From positions 35,280,001 through 35,344,000 of the forward strand of contig CM059432.1 in NCBI GenBank assembly GCA_030390025.1: a stretch of 64,000 bases of DNA, written 5' to 3'. The position numbers and the translations under genes are program-made. Within the stretch, counting starts at the first letter, position 1. The number at the start of each line of letters is the position of its first letter. Source of the DNA: Squalus acanthias. Lineage: Eukaryota. Of the stretch, positions 1-13,260 are shown piece by piece. The notes under the pieces were generated by a model. The model saw nothing but the letters and a program-made list of their open reading frames with translations, searched no databases and was not told where the DNA came from.

Positions 1-1520
1 AAGGGCATCAAGGGATATGGAGCTAAAGCATGTAAATGGAGTTGAGATACAGATCAGTCATGATCTAATTGAATGGCAGAAGAGGCTTGAGGGCTGAATA
101 GCCTACTCCTGTTCCTATTTCTGTACCCTTACCAGTGTCCCTCACTCACCCCTTATTGCAGTATTTTATACACATGAACTGATGGCTGGAGAGTGCCTGA
201 GGGGGTGATGTGCAATTCAGCCACTAATAGTGCCTTTCACGACCTCAGCACATCCCAAGCACTTTACAGCGAATGAAATACTTTTGAAGTGAAGTCACTG
301 TTGTAATGTAAGGAAACATGTCCCCAGCCTGCACTGAGCTAACAGATCTTAGCTGGGACAGCAATAAACACCATTAGAAATGGCATTGAACACCCCTGGG
401 TCAGAGGAAGGGGGTAGAGGGATCTGCCAGGGTTCCCTCATCCTCGTCTCTATCCAGTCACCCCTGCTGGAAGATGCGTGCGTGTAGGCGTCAGGTGAGA
501 ACAGAATCAGTCTTGGCTGTGGCCCACTCCCCCCAAGGTCGAATTGCCTGTCGACATCCACCGAATGGAAGTACACATGAAAAGTGGCCACTTTTGGAGG
601 TAGCAGACAGTCGCCAAGACAACCAAAAATGAGACAGAAGTGAAACAGGAAAATTGGAGAGAATAAAAATTACGGGACAATTTAATGGATTAACGGGTGG
701 AAGTTACTGTTTAGTAACGTTAATTGATGAAGGCTCAAGTAGATGTCAGTCTCAGGATAAGGGGTCGGCCATTTAGAACTGAGATGAGAAATATCTTCAC
801 TCAGAGGATTGTGAATCTTTGGAATTCTCTACCCCAGAGAGCTGTGGATGCTCAGTCATTGAAAATATTCAATACTGAAATCGATAGATTTTTGAGCACT
901 AAGGGATAAAAGGGATATGGCGGGAAAGTGGAACTAATGTAGAAGTTCAGCCATGATCTTATTGAATGGTCTATTACCCCATTTTTTTCCCAAACAGGTT
1001 AATACTTTAAATTAAAATAGCAGACAGAGGATTGTTATACAATGAGTTAAACGTTCTTCCGTATAATATCGGCAACTTTAAGCTCTACCCTTTTTTAAAA
1101 AATGTTCTCCGGGAATTTCCTGGAGGTAAAAGGGTCACCATGTCTGAGGCACAAACCCCATTTACGCACCCATCCCTGATTTCTACCAAAGTTATGGGGG
1201 CCGAACGTCCGAGGAAATTCCTGAAGGTTCCCTTCACCCCCGCCACCCATATGGAGTCTAACTTGTAAATCAAGTTACAGGTTTGCTGACATTTTCTCAC
1301 ACAAAGGGTAGTGAAAATCTGGAACTCTCCCGCAAAAGGCGGTAAATGTTGGGTCAATTGAAATTTTGAAGATTAAGATTGATAGATTTTTTGGGGGTAA
1401 GGGCATCAAGGGATATGGAGCAAAGGTGGGTAAATGGAGCTGAGGTTACAGATCAGCCATGATCTCATTGAATGGTGAAACAGACTTGAGGGGCTGAATG
1501 GCCTACTTCTGTTCCTATGA
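1..1520 (+). mobile_element. Several CR1 3' ends (1-120, ~745-970, ~1265-1520) and older SINE remnants
   Basis: ORF 724-909 RGRPFRTEMRNIFTQRIVNLWNSLP; repeated CR1 UTR gatcagccatgatct...gaatgg. Confidence 0.75.
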
Positions 1521-1696
1521 TAGGCAAATTCAGCTGGTACACTTGTGATTTTTCTCAATTCATGGTCAGGTCCTTCATGGATATAAAATGTCTCACTTCT
1601 GAGGGAGCAAAAAAAGGACTTGTCACAAGTCTGGTTCCATAACAAGCATACATTTGAATAACAAAGTGATAGAGTTTGTGGAAGAGTCTGTTAAAA

Positions 1697-2092
1697 GAAA
1701 GCATTTATATAGCACCTTATCACATCACTCAGAAATGTCTCAAAGCACTGCACATAAAATTAATAATTTTCAAGTGTTGTTATGTAAGCAAACACAGCAG
1801 CCGTTCTGCGCAGAGGCAAGATATGACAAACAATAGTGAATGGCCAGTTAATCTGTTTTGGTTGAGAGAGAAATACTAACCAAGAAGACGACCTGCTCTT
1901 CTTCAAACAATGCCATGAGATATTGAACGCCCATCTGAGAAAGTAGCCAGGGTCGGAGTTGTCTTATCTGAAGGACCGCACTCTAGTAATACAGCTCTCT
2001 CAGTACCGCACTGGAATGCCAGGCTAGATTATAAGCTCAAGTCCTGGAGTAGCACTTGAACCCATAACCTTCTGCTGTAAAAGCAAGAGTCA
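1697..2092 (-). mobile_element. Deu-domain SINE copy, degenerate
   Basis: gcatttatatagcacc...ggctagattataagctcaagtcctggagtagcacttgaacccataaccttctg. Confidence 0.65.
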
Positions 2093-2250
2093 AGTGAACC
2101 AAACTGACACATTGAGATAAAAGAAAGAACCATGATGTGGGGGGAGGAGGAGAGAATGATCCCACATTGCCAATGTATGATATTTAACCAATAATAATCC
2201 AAATAAATTAATTTTGATTCTCATGTTTTTACAGAATGGAAACTCTTTAC

Positions 2251-5200
2251 CTGCTGGTTTCTCATCCAAGTCCACTGCATCAGACAGCTTAATCTCTTCA
2301 TGGCTTTTATCTCCTCCTGGTGGGCTTTCAGATGTAGCAGCATGCTTTGAGAAGGTTTCTCGGTCCTGATGTCCTAAAGTCAGTTTACATGATGGGGAGG
2401 ATGCAATAGCAGAAAAGCAGTCGTTAGCCAGTTCAGGACAGGTTGCGGAGGGAGCTTTATCTAGGGAGGGAATATCTACAACGGAACGGATGGGCGTAGG
2501 AGCAAAACCGAATTCTGTCATTGAAAATGCAGAAGGAATGTTACTCAATGTAGCATGAGGACATGCAAGAGATCTATCTGGAGCACTGCGAGATACATCG
2601 AGCAATGTGTTGAATGCTGGGGTCTCTGCCAGTGAATGACCAATGGTGGAGAGATGCTCGGAATGATGTGAATTACCCAATCTTTTATCCTGAGTGTTGT
2701 CACCACTCACATCAAGCGAAGCACGGTGATAAGTGTCAACCTTTTCTTCTCCATCACTACCCACTAGGCAAGCAGGTTTTTGATCTTGAGGTGGTGTTTC
2801 CAATGATGCATTATTGTCTTTTTTGTTATAATACAATCGTTCGCTATTCTGTGTGACCACAAAAGCATCAGGTACAGTCTGGTTTACATCTGAACTGGAA
2901 TGAGAGTCTACTTCTAAATCAGGAACAGCTTGGGTACATGACCAACTCAATACTTCAGACTCATGGTGTTGACATGAATCCAACCTATGATTGGGTGGAC
3001 ATTTGCCTACCTTTCCTTCTTCTAAATCCGCAGGCACCTTCATCGACAACTCCCCATGTACCACCTCGCATTGTAAAGCAACCTCATCAGCCTTACAATC
3101 CTGAATGGTATGTTGTGCTACTTGACAGACAGAAGGAATGGATGAAGCTATGCAAACTGGCTCTGATGAAAGGACTGGGTGGTCACAGATCTCAACACCT
3201 TCTGACCTGGAACCACCTGATGTTAAGTTATCGGATTCATCACTGGAAAGGTCAAGTCCAGCTTCTGGTGTGAACTCTGAAATTTTAGACGGTGACAATG
3301 TCTCATAAATCTCTTCTACTTCTGAATCTGTTTTTTCAACTAAAATGTGGCTCCTTTCATCGCCTGGGCTTTCCGCTTCAAACTCTGACCCATCTTGCAT
3401 TACAAAGGTCACATTTTGTTGTGCCACATCAGTGATTTCTTGTTCGAATAACTCGAAAACATTGTCAGTCGAGCTTTTAGAACTCTTCAGACACTCATCG
3501 GTTAATCCTTGTGCAGTCTCGGACAATGCCGAGGTAGAAGGGCTCAATCCTCTTGCAGAAACAGAGATCTCCAAATTGCAATAAAAAGATTTTGATGCAG
3601 TTTCACAAACTTCCTGTTGATGATCATTCACTCTTGGAGTTGGGTTTGGGAGTTCAGGTTGATTATTGGTGTTTCTTTGTTCAAGTACTTGGCCAAAGCT
3701 GTGACCTGGTAATATCCCTGAGAGTTCTGTATGACAGGAGTCAATACCTGGTACACAGTCAAGGAGATTTAGTTGATCGGCATTACTGGCTTTTGGGATA
3801 TCTGGAATCTTGTCTTGTCCGCCTTCCACTTCTGATACTAGGCTGATGACCTTCAACTGACAAGCATCATCTCTCAGCTGGGTATCAGGGAGTTCCATTT
3901 TTCCACCATCATTTGTTGATGTTGTCTCTGCAACTTCTAATGTACTATCATCACCTCCTGGTGGAAGACTGAAGGAACCTACTTGACCAGCATTATCTCT
4001 TGGACTCTTATCCAAGTTCACTATTGTGCTTACATTGTTTCCTCGTGTTGAATCAGACATATTTAATTTCCCACCATCCGTAGCTTGTGAACCATCTGTA
4101 GCATTGTCTGTTGCTATACTACCTCCCAACATCGAGTCCACCATCTCAAGTTTATAAGCATCACCTTCAGATGAGCTGTTAGAGAATTCTACTTCACCAG
4201 TAGAATTATGTGGCATAATATGTGACACATTCAATATGTCGGCATCACTACTTTGTGACACATCTGTGAGCTTGTCTTCTTCATCTTCATCCTCATTATC
4301 AACAAGGTTGTCATTATCTTCTTCTGACATAACATCTATGATCTCCAAATTATAAGGAGCATCACTCGACAGGACATCAGGAACTTCTGTTTGATCCCTA
4401 CCATCTCCTGGTACTGTGTCCATGACCTCTGATTTACAAGCATCATCTCCTGGTAATATATTAGAGAGCTTGGTTTGGTCCACATCGGTTACTTCACTAG
4501 AATCATGTTGCAATAGGCTACCAAACTTCTCCATCTGGGAACCATGATCTCCTGAAATCTCTGATGTCCCAGTAGATTTTCTTAGGAGGGTATCTGAATA
4601 TTTATCAGCATCACTGATCTGTGAATCATCTAGCAGTTTATCTTCACATGTCACTGTACCATTAGCCTCTGATTTACAAGCATCATCTCCTGGTAGAATG
4701 TCACAGACCTTCACTTGACTAGCCTCCACTATTGGCAGAGTGTCCATATCTTCACACTTGCTAGTGTCATCTCCTAGTAGGATCTTACCGACCTTCACTT
4801 GATTAACCTCCTCTACTGGCAGAGCATCCATATCTTCAAACTTGTCAGCATCATCTCCTGGCAGGATGTTGTAATGTTCCACTTGTCGATCAACATCTAC
4901 AGCCATGTCTATCATCGCTGCTTTGTAATCATTATCTTCTGGTAAAATGACTCCAACCGCACTGCCACCCATTATTGTATTGAGAGCTTCTAACTTGCCA
5001 ATATTGCTTCCTGAGTAGCTGTTCAAGAGTTCTACCTGTTCACTAATATCCCTTGTCATGTCGGTGGCCTCCAATTTACAAGCATACCCATCTGATAAAG
5101 TATCAGATATTTCTACTCGACTGCCATCATCTCCTATCATTGTTTTAACAATCCCTAATTGGTTAGCATCATCTCCTGGTTGGCTGTTGGAGAGCTTCAA

Positions 5201-8200
5201 TTGACCATCATAATCCCCTTGCTGCTTGTCGAAGCCCACTAATGTAGGAACTGTACATCCGGTGATGATACCTGAAATGTCTAAATTTTCTGCATCATCA
5301 CCTTCTGAAGCATCTTCTGCCATTGTATTTATGGTCTTTAATTGAAAAGAATCATCTTCGGATACAACATTGGAGACTTCCACTTGTCCACCCACATATA
5401 CTGCTGCCAAGTCTATGACAGTGGATTTACAAGCATCATCTTCTGGTAAGATGGGAGAAACTTCTACTTGACTATCATCTCCTGTCACTTTGACTTCACT
5501 TTCTAATTTACCAGCTTCATCCCCTGGTTGGATATTGGTTAGTTCCAACTGTCCACCAAAATCTCCAACCACCATATCTAGGATCTCCGATTTAAAAGCA
5601 GGATCTTCTGGTAATACATTTGACACCTCCGATTTCCTACCGTCATCACTGAATATTGTGTCTACGGCCTTTGACTTAACAGAATAATCTTCTGATTTAC
5701 TGCTAGAGAGTTCTAATTGATAACTACCATCTTTTAGCATCTGGTTTAAGAATTTATCGACAGTATTTTCTGGTGAAAATTCTAAAAGACCCAATTGGTT
5801 GGTGTAGTTGTCTGGTAAGTCATTTAAGGGCTCTGCTTGATCATTACTCTCTTTCTGTATTGTATCTAAATCCTCTAACTTACCAGCATCATCTTCCTGC
5901 AGGATATCAGAGGATTCCACCTTCCCATCAGTATCTTCAATTAGTGTACCTGGAAGTTCAATCTGATTATCACCCTCTTCTGGTAGAGCTTCTGAGTGTG
6001 TTAAAGGATGAGTACCAGCTTCCAAACTGGAGCCCAAGACCTTTAATTGGCTAGCAGCATTTCCACTCTGAACGTCCGGAAGCTCCATAGGATCAAAGCA
6101 TTCTTGTGACAAGGAGACGGAGCACTGCACGTGATCATTTCTTGATAAAGAGTCTGAACTTAACTCAGAACCTGACAAGTTAGATTGATCAATGCCAACT
6201 TTTGGTTTAGCATCAATATGTTCTTGGCTGACAACGGGATAAGCTCTATTGTCTCTTGTTCCATCTTCATCCTGTTGACTTCCAAATTTTTGATCTGGTT
6301 TATCCAGCAATGGTTCTGAGTAGCTGGACTCAGACCTGCTGACCAGCTGCTGAGATGATCCTGAAGACCTTTCACTTATTGTATCTTCCAATGAGACCAT
6401 GTCCTGTTGAGCACTCACTTGTAGAGAAGGACTGGTTTCACCAATAGGATTATAAATCTCAAAGACATCTGTAGATTCAGGACCTTTAACTGAGGGCATG
6501 TGTTCAGGCAAATCTGGTTCACTGCTCAGGTCATAATCTTCTGTTTCCGATGATGATGAACTATCCAATGATCGTGGTATTGGTCTACTTGTACAAGCTT
6601 GCGACTCTTCACCTGCCAAACCCCCCTTCACTGAAGCATCTGCCGGAACTATGTTCATCATCTCCTTCTGCTCAATGTTGAGAGGCTCACTATGTTGCTC
6701 CTCCAGATTATTTTCTTCAGGGTTTCTTTTCGGTGCTCCAACTGTTTGTACAGTACTTGTTAAATCGGAAAGGTTATTGAGCCCGGGACTTGTTTCGGAA
6801 TGGCGTGTACCAGGCAAGGAGCAAGGTACTTCCTCATTTGGTGCAATGTTTTCATCCAAGCTCTCAGTGCTGGTTCCATAATGAGGCAGTGGCATGTCCC
6901 TGAAACCTAACGCAATGACATTTTTACATCCCATAGCTGGTCTACTTTCAGGTAATGTTTCCAGGAACTCTTTAGCTTTTTGTGCATAAGGAGAGACACC
7001 ATGCTCTTGGACAATATTTTCCTCAGAGGGAGCCAATTTGGAACAAGGAGGCCTTGATGTGAGAACTTCTCCATGAATATCTATAATTTGTGATCCACAG
7101 GGAGAGGATGGCCCAGCAGTGTTTACATTGGCTGAATCTGATTGGAAAGGACTGACGCAGGGAAATTTTTCAGTGTCTTCAAGTGTTGGATCAACACAAG
7201 TAGGCTGATTGTCAGCTTTCACACAGACTGACACCAAATCCTCTCTGATATTGTTACTGATGTTGGTGGAATCTGTAGCTTTCCCAGTGGCATATTGACC
7301 ACCATCACATGATTTTTGTGTAGTGAAGATAGAATTGTTGCTTTCGGAATTTGATTCACTTGAGCTGATATTTGGAGCGTCAGCATCACTGGCCAGATCA
7401 ACAGGCAAATTCAAGGGCATCTCAGAATTGGGCCTTTTGCTCTCGCCATCTTTGGACCATGCACTGACCATTCGATAGTGGTAATCATCAAATTTATTCA
7501 TACCTTCAGGTAAATCAGAAGCCAATTCAAAGTCAAGTTCATCTCTATTGTGGTCCTCGGTGAGATTGGTATTTTCCAACTGGGAAGTGAGACTTGTTGT
7601 ATTTGATTCTGTTGGTGAGAGCTCCTTTGTAACCCAAGGTGCGGTCATTGTCTCACCATAGCGATCTGATTGGATCTGTCCAAAGTTGGGGAGAGATTCC
7701 AGCTCTGGTAACTGTCTTTCACATGATGCCAGTTCATGAGTCATTTCTTCAAAGGCTGACAATCCAGATGACAGATCTTCACTGTCTGAATCAGTTGAAC
7801 ATGTCTCATTCTCTTCAACCTCCAACACCATCTCCGAAAGGCTCTTTGGGCTGGTTTTTGTAGACTCAACCAATGATGTTTGTTGAGACTCATCTGGGAC
7901 ACTGAGGAAAGGTAGTGAAATGCATTTATCTTCCGACAATTCATCAGTTTGTAAGCTATATGTTTGTAATGGAGAAGCTGTAATGCACGCTGAAGCTTGC
8001 TGTTGTGTGACTTCCGCAATTAATGATTCTGCTTCATCTTTACTGTCAACGGCTGTGCCCTCAGATTCTTTCCTCCAATTCTTTTGTGCTTCCATTCCAG
8101 CACTAGGTGGTTCTTCTTCATTGCCAACAGAGTTGGATTTCCCTGTCTGCAATGATGCCATGTTACACAATGTCATACTTGTAGCACAGTAGGCCACATG

Positions 8201-11200
8201 TGCTCCAGAGTCTGACGAGGAGGCTGACGAAGACATTTCCATCTCACTATCGCTCCCTGAATCTATGGCTTCACCCTTTGGTCCTTCGATGTGTACTTCA
8301 GTAACTCCTGAGAACAGGACATAGTGCTCCGCAGCGATTCTTTCATCCTCTCCATCAAGAGACGCAGAAGCAGAAGATTCTGAAGTGGTATCTTGAAATG
8401 CAAAGGATTCATCAACTCCTGCAGTGATAGAGGTCTCAGACAGTGAATAAAGGAATGACACAGAACTGTCTTCATCTTCATCTCCAACATCACAGTCACC
8501 ATCATCAGCATGATCATGGTCATTAACATCACCACTGTCGTCACCACCACCACCCTCAACATTTTCCTGTTCTGTTGCAGTTGGGGGCATCTCGGACAAT
8601 GAAGTAACTTCAATAGACTCTGCCTCAAAAATAATGCTGCCTCTGAAAGATAGCAATGATGCAGGCACCATTCTCTCATTATCAAGACCCATGCCAACAA
8701 CTTCGTATGGAGACTGGAGCAACAGCGCAGTCCCCATTTCAGGACTGCTTGCTGTGTCTGACACTTCAGATGAACAGGCAACTTGTATGGAGCTGTACAT
8801 CCCACTGGATGGTTGACCACTTGGAATGCAAACTGCAGAAGCTAGTGGCACAGATCGTTCACGCTCACCTTCAGCTACAAGGGAATCATCATAATCAGGA
8901 CTGATAAGAGCATTGGAAATTTCCTTGAATGATTCATCCAACAGCAGATCGAGTCGGCACGAGATTGAAGTTTCAAGTTTCATATCAGGTTCTGTCTTTA
9001 GTTCCATGCTCCTTTCTTCATTGAAAGCGTCAGCGTAATCTTCAGCTAACTCCTCAGAAGACGCAAGAGGAGCATAAGTAGTGCAATCGTCACAATATTT
9101 GCTATAAGCATATTGGTCCTTGACTGTCTCAGTGGTGAGCAAATAGTTATGTGTTGCGTAAATTGTGCTATCGCCCATGTCATTTGACCCATGATTGATA
9201 CGTATGTCTCCCTTTGATACATATTCGAACTCTGAAGTCAGGCTCCTATTTTTTGTTTCGTAACAAGTAATATTGTCAAGTGTTCCAATTGGCATTGTGC
9301 TTTCTTCCACCATCTGATCTCGAATGGGTTCAGCCTCATGCTGCCCACTACCTTCATCAACTTCTGTGCTTACTTTGGGCATACCTAACCCTATTGGATC
9401 ATCTTCATTACTAGGTACAATTACTATTTCTCGTGGGCCTCTTTCAGCATTTTCACAATTTGATTCACCACCATTGGACCATCTGTACTCCCTACTATAT
9501 TTTGACTCTGAATTGTCCTCCTCCTGAGGGATAGATATTGGATGGAAGGCGAGTGCCTCTTCAGGTTTTCCATCTGAAGTGATTGTACGGCACTTATCCT
9601 CTGTTGTAGCATTTTGTGTCATTGTTTGTGAGCTCTGTAATTCTTTACTAATGTCATAGTCTGTAACATATGTTTGTTGATTCATATAATTTCCCTCAAT
9701 GAATCCTGGTCCTACACTGGAAATGTCCTGATCTTTAAGATTTATATATTCCTGTCCATCTTCATCTTCATCATCATCATCCTCTTCACTGATTTCAAGA
9801 TTTTCATTGTCAAATGCTAAAGGAGCAAGGTCATCTTGCGTTTCTGTAAGGCATCTTTCAGTTGACTCTTCCATCGAGGTCCAAGTTTCCTCATCAATTA
9901 TGCCATAAGGGGCATCGGCAAGAGGCAGCACTTGCTCGGACTGCTCTTCATTGAGTTCCTCTGCAAAAGCGGACAATGATTCTACGTAACAAGCGGACAC
10001 TTCCATCGTTTCAACTTCCGCCAGTAAGTTTGGGGAGCACGATGGGGAAGTGTTTGGGCTGCCTGATGTCCAGCTGCCTCCTTCTGCAGTTCTGTAAGAT
10101 CCTGAGGGAGAGGTCGGCGAAGAACAGATGCTTTCGCTGCCCTCACTCTCCAGGGCTTCAATGGGCTCCTCATGTAAGCCAGTTTTCAAAAAAGTAAAAT
10201 ATTTCTGTGCACCGCATGCCGTCTTTACTGGAGTCGATGGAGCGGTGAAGAAAAGATCTGGATCGGTACCGCACACGTGATCCACAGCACTGGGATACAC
10301 GAGCAATTCTTTGGTGGGTTCCGAATAACACAAAGGCATATCAGTGTGTCCAATGTTTGTAACTTGATCCTGAGTTTGTGAAGATTCAGTCTTTGCGTTT
10401 TCAGCCCTTGATTTCACAGTCAGCAAGTGGAGAGGATCAATAACTACAGGCAGGTCGGCCCCTGTGGCTGAAATGGCCTGAAGTTCTAATGTTAATGAAG
10501 CCTCAATCCAGCTGCTCATGACATTGGGAGGGAGGCCGGCAGAGGAGAGTGTTTCTACAAGAGGGATTGGTTTTTCACTGTCCGCTTTAAGTGGATCTTG
10601 GCCCATTTCTTCACCGGCAATGTCCTTCTCAATGAAGGGCAACTGAACTGATGTGTCCGTTTCTGAGTCGGACAGATCCTGATCTCCCTCCCTCTCCAAA
10701 CCAGCCATTTCTGCCTCTCCGTCTACTTTGGTATCTATCAGTTGCGTGTCTCCATCTGGCTCTTCCCTAGATATTGTGTCGCTCTCTGAAATGCTGCTCA
10801 CCTCCGACTCTCCCAATGGCACGCCTGCGCTGGACTCCGAGCTGGCTCCTGTTGCATCTACGACAGAGTCGGCAGTGGCTGGTGGACCATCCGGTAAGTG
10901 TCGGTTTTTCTCGAGAGCTTCCATGTTGGATATCCCTGAGCCAACGTCTGCACTGACGAGATGTGCGCCGTCAGCAGTGCTTAGTGCAAACTTGTCCGCC
11001 CTTTCTCGATCCACGTCCTGTTTGTGCTTGGCTACTTGGCCTTCGTTTTCTGAAAGGCTTTCCTGGATGCAAGGCGCAGCCGAAGACGACTCGGGGTACG
11101 AGTTATCTGTGTCCGTGTCGCAACTTGCTCCTTCAGGCTGAGGTCGGGCTCCCTCATCAGCTGGACCTTTCTCGCCAAAGTTTTCGGCAGCTTCGCTGCC

Positions 11201-11382
11201 GCGATCCAATGCGGGGCCGGTGGTCGGTAGTTCGCTCTGCTCGATCCCCGTAGACCACGGCGAGCCGTCGGCAAGCTGCATCAGGTACGAGGAGTCAGCT
11301 GTTGGGGAGGCTTGGGGTGAAGTTGGGTCTTTAGGGGTGAGCATGCTGTGAGAAGAGCCACAGGAAACATCAGGGGAAATGT
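2251..11382 (-). CDS. nacad: NACAD giant exon 2 (9,132 nt, ~3044 aa; acidic, Ser/Asp/Glu-rich, probably disordered)
   Basis: Lies within the 3134-aa ORF 2090..11494. Polypyrimidine tract + ctgcag| acceptor (AG at 11384-11383); donor GCAG|GTAAAG (GT at 2250-2249). Motifs matching recalled human NACAD, in the same order: GARPQPEGAS, DPDLFFTAPSTP, SPSGSYRTAEGGSW, SPSCS, MVPASLLSFRGSIIFE.E.IEVT, SFLYSLSETSITAGVDESFAF. Confidence 0.88.
3690..5960 (-). repeat. Degenerate coding tandem repeat inside exon 2 (~14/28-aa units, e.g. ILPGDDACKSE..D)
   Basis: Recurrent (L/P)GDD(A/G).K.E peptides. The plus-strand motif gcatcatctcctgg recurs near 4440, 4680, 4848 and 5166. Confidence 0.7.
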
Positions 11383-12797
11383 CTGCAGATTTAACAAAAG
11401 GAAACAAAAAGAAAAAGCAGATGGATTGCAAATAGACAGAGCAGAAATGAAAAAAGATGGAAATAGGGAAAAAGGTGGAGAGCAAAATAGTCAAGAATTA
11501 GTATTCTCATTAGATTTCATTTCATTTCATAGAATCTTACATTACAGGAGTCCATTCATCCCATAGTATCTGTGCCAGCTCTTTAAACGAGCTATCCAAT
11601 TAGTCCCACTCCACCTGCTCTTTCCCCCTAGCCCTGCAAATTTTTCCTTTAAGTATATATCCAATTCCCGTTTTAAAGTTACCATTGAATCTGTTTCCAC
11701 TACTCTTTCAGGTAGTGCATTTTTAACCTTGGCTTTGAGACTCATCTCTCACATTTTGTAGGGAGCATGGTTGAATACCTTTAAAAAAAGAGAAAGAGAA
11801 CCAGTCATTTCCTGCTGTTTTTTCTGACCTTCAGATAATCTGCTCTCTCCCCAAGGAGGGGAGTCAAGCAGCAGCCAATGTGGAAAAACTTCCAACAACA
11901 ATGGTAATCAGCCTCTAAATTTGCTCAGGATGTGATTTAATTAAACTAATTCACAATAGGGATTAGCTCAACAATGGCCTTAAAGGGGCAAGCCAGGTTA
12001 GGAACTAAGCAGATAACCAGTGAGCAATGCCATGGGAGATCAGATAGTTTCCCATTAAAAGCACTTTAATGGTGTAGAATCATACAGCACAGAAGGAGGC
12101 CATTCGGCCCATCGTGCCCGTGCCGGCTTTTGACAGAGCTATCCAATTAGTTCCACGCCAGTCCTGCAAATTCTTGCTTTTCAACAACATATATTACATA
12201 GCGCCTTTAACATAATAAAACGTTCCAAGGCGTTTCACAGGAGTGTTATAAAAAAAAATGTTGACACCGAGCCATATAAGGAGATGTTAGGGAAGATGAT
12301 CAAATGCTTAGTCGAAGAGGTAGGTTTTAAGTAGTGTCTTAAAGGAGGAAGGAGAAGTGGAGAGGCAGAGAGATTTAGGGAGGGAATTCAAGAGCTTAGG
12401 ACCGAGGCAACTGAAGGCACAACCGCCAATGGTGGAGCATTTAAAATTGGGGATGTTCCAAAGGCCAGAATAGGCGGAGCGCAGTGGTTTAGGGCGATTT
12501 ATAAGGCTGGAGGAGATTACAGAGATAAGGAGGGAATTGAAAACAAGGATGAGAATTTCAAAATCGAGGCGTTGCTTGACTGGGAGCCAATGTTGGTCAG
12601 CAAGCACACGGGAGATGGAGTGAGCAGGACTTGGTGCGAGTTAGCACATGGGCAGCAGAGTTTTGGATGATCTCAAGGAGGCCGGCTAGGAGTGCATTGG
12701 AATAATCAAGTCTAGAAGTGATAAAGGCATGGATGAGAGTTTCAGCAGCAGAAAAGTTGAGGTAAGGGCGGAGATGGGCGATAGTACAAAGGTGGAA

Positions 12798-13260
12798 CGT
12801 TTAGGCACGCTACAGCCCTCTGGACTCAATATCGAGTTCAACAATTTTAGATCATAACCTCAGCTCCAATCACATTTATATTTTATTTTTTCCACCCTTT
12901 TATTTGCCCCCCCCCACCTTTTTTTTCCTCCTAGAAGCTGGCAGCTGTCCTTCATTCTGCCAGTGGATTTCACACTTCTTTCAGCCTTAATCTGTCACAT
13001 TAACACCACCTCTAGCCTTGCATATCTCTTAATGTCTCTTCATCTCCCCCTTTGTTCCTTTATCCCCTCCCCCTTTTCCCAGCTTTACCCTGGCCTTAAA
13101 TCTATTTGATTTCCGGCTCTTCCCAGTTCTGACGAAAGGTCATCGACCTGAAACGTTAACTCTTTCTCTCTCCACGGATGTTGTCTGGCCCGCTGAGTTT
13201 TTCCAGCGTTTTCTGTTGTTATTTCGGATTTCCAGCATCCGCAGTATTTTGCTATCGTAT
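12798..13260 (+). mobile_element. Penelope-like element 3' fragment with a 16-bp target duplication
   Basis: Starts with RLGTLQPSGLNIEFNNFRS* (typical PLE ORF C-terminus). tagtacaaaggtggaa is repeated at 12782-12797 and 13261-13276. Contains a hammerhead motif. Confidence 0.8.
13125..13161 (+). ncRNA. Minimal type-I hammerhead ribozyme motif (Penelope-associated)
   Basis: agtt-CTGACGA-a-aggtc-atc-gacct-GAAA-cgtt-aact: core CUGANGA/GAAA, stem II aggtc/gacct, stem I agtt/aact, palindromic minimal stem III (acgt). Confidence 0.65.

Noticed and set aside
349..591. 80-aa ORF as NACAD exon 3
   Set aside because: No NAC similarity; the sequence resembles an old interspersed repeat also seen at ~37090-37230 and ~38395.
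1090..1265. Possible small DNA-transposon remnant (ggaatttcct...aggaaattcc inverted pair)
   Set aside because: No clear termini or TSD; too weak to call.
2090..2250. C-terminal hydrophobic tail of the 3134-aa ORF
   Set aside because: Read-through past the GT donor at 2250 into the intron; the composition changes abruptly.
2614..11274. Many short antisense or alternative-frame ORFs
   Set aside because: Shadow ORFs of the giant exon.
11383..11494. Signal-peptide-like hydrophobic N-terminus of the 3134-aa ORF
   Set aside because: It is the translated intronic polypyrimidine tract before the acceptor at 11383.
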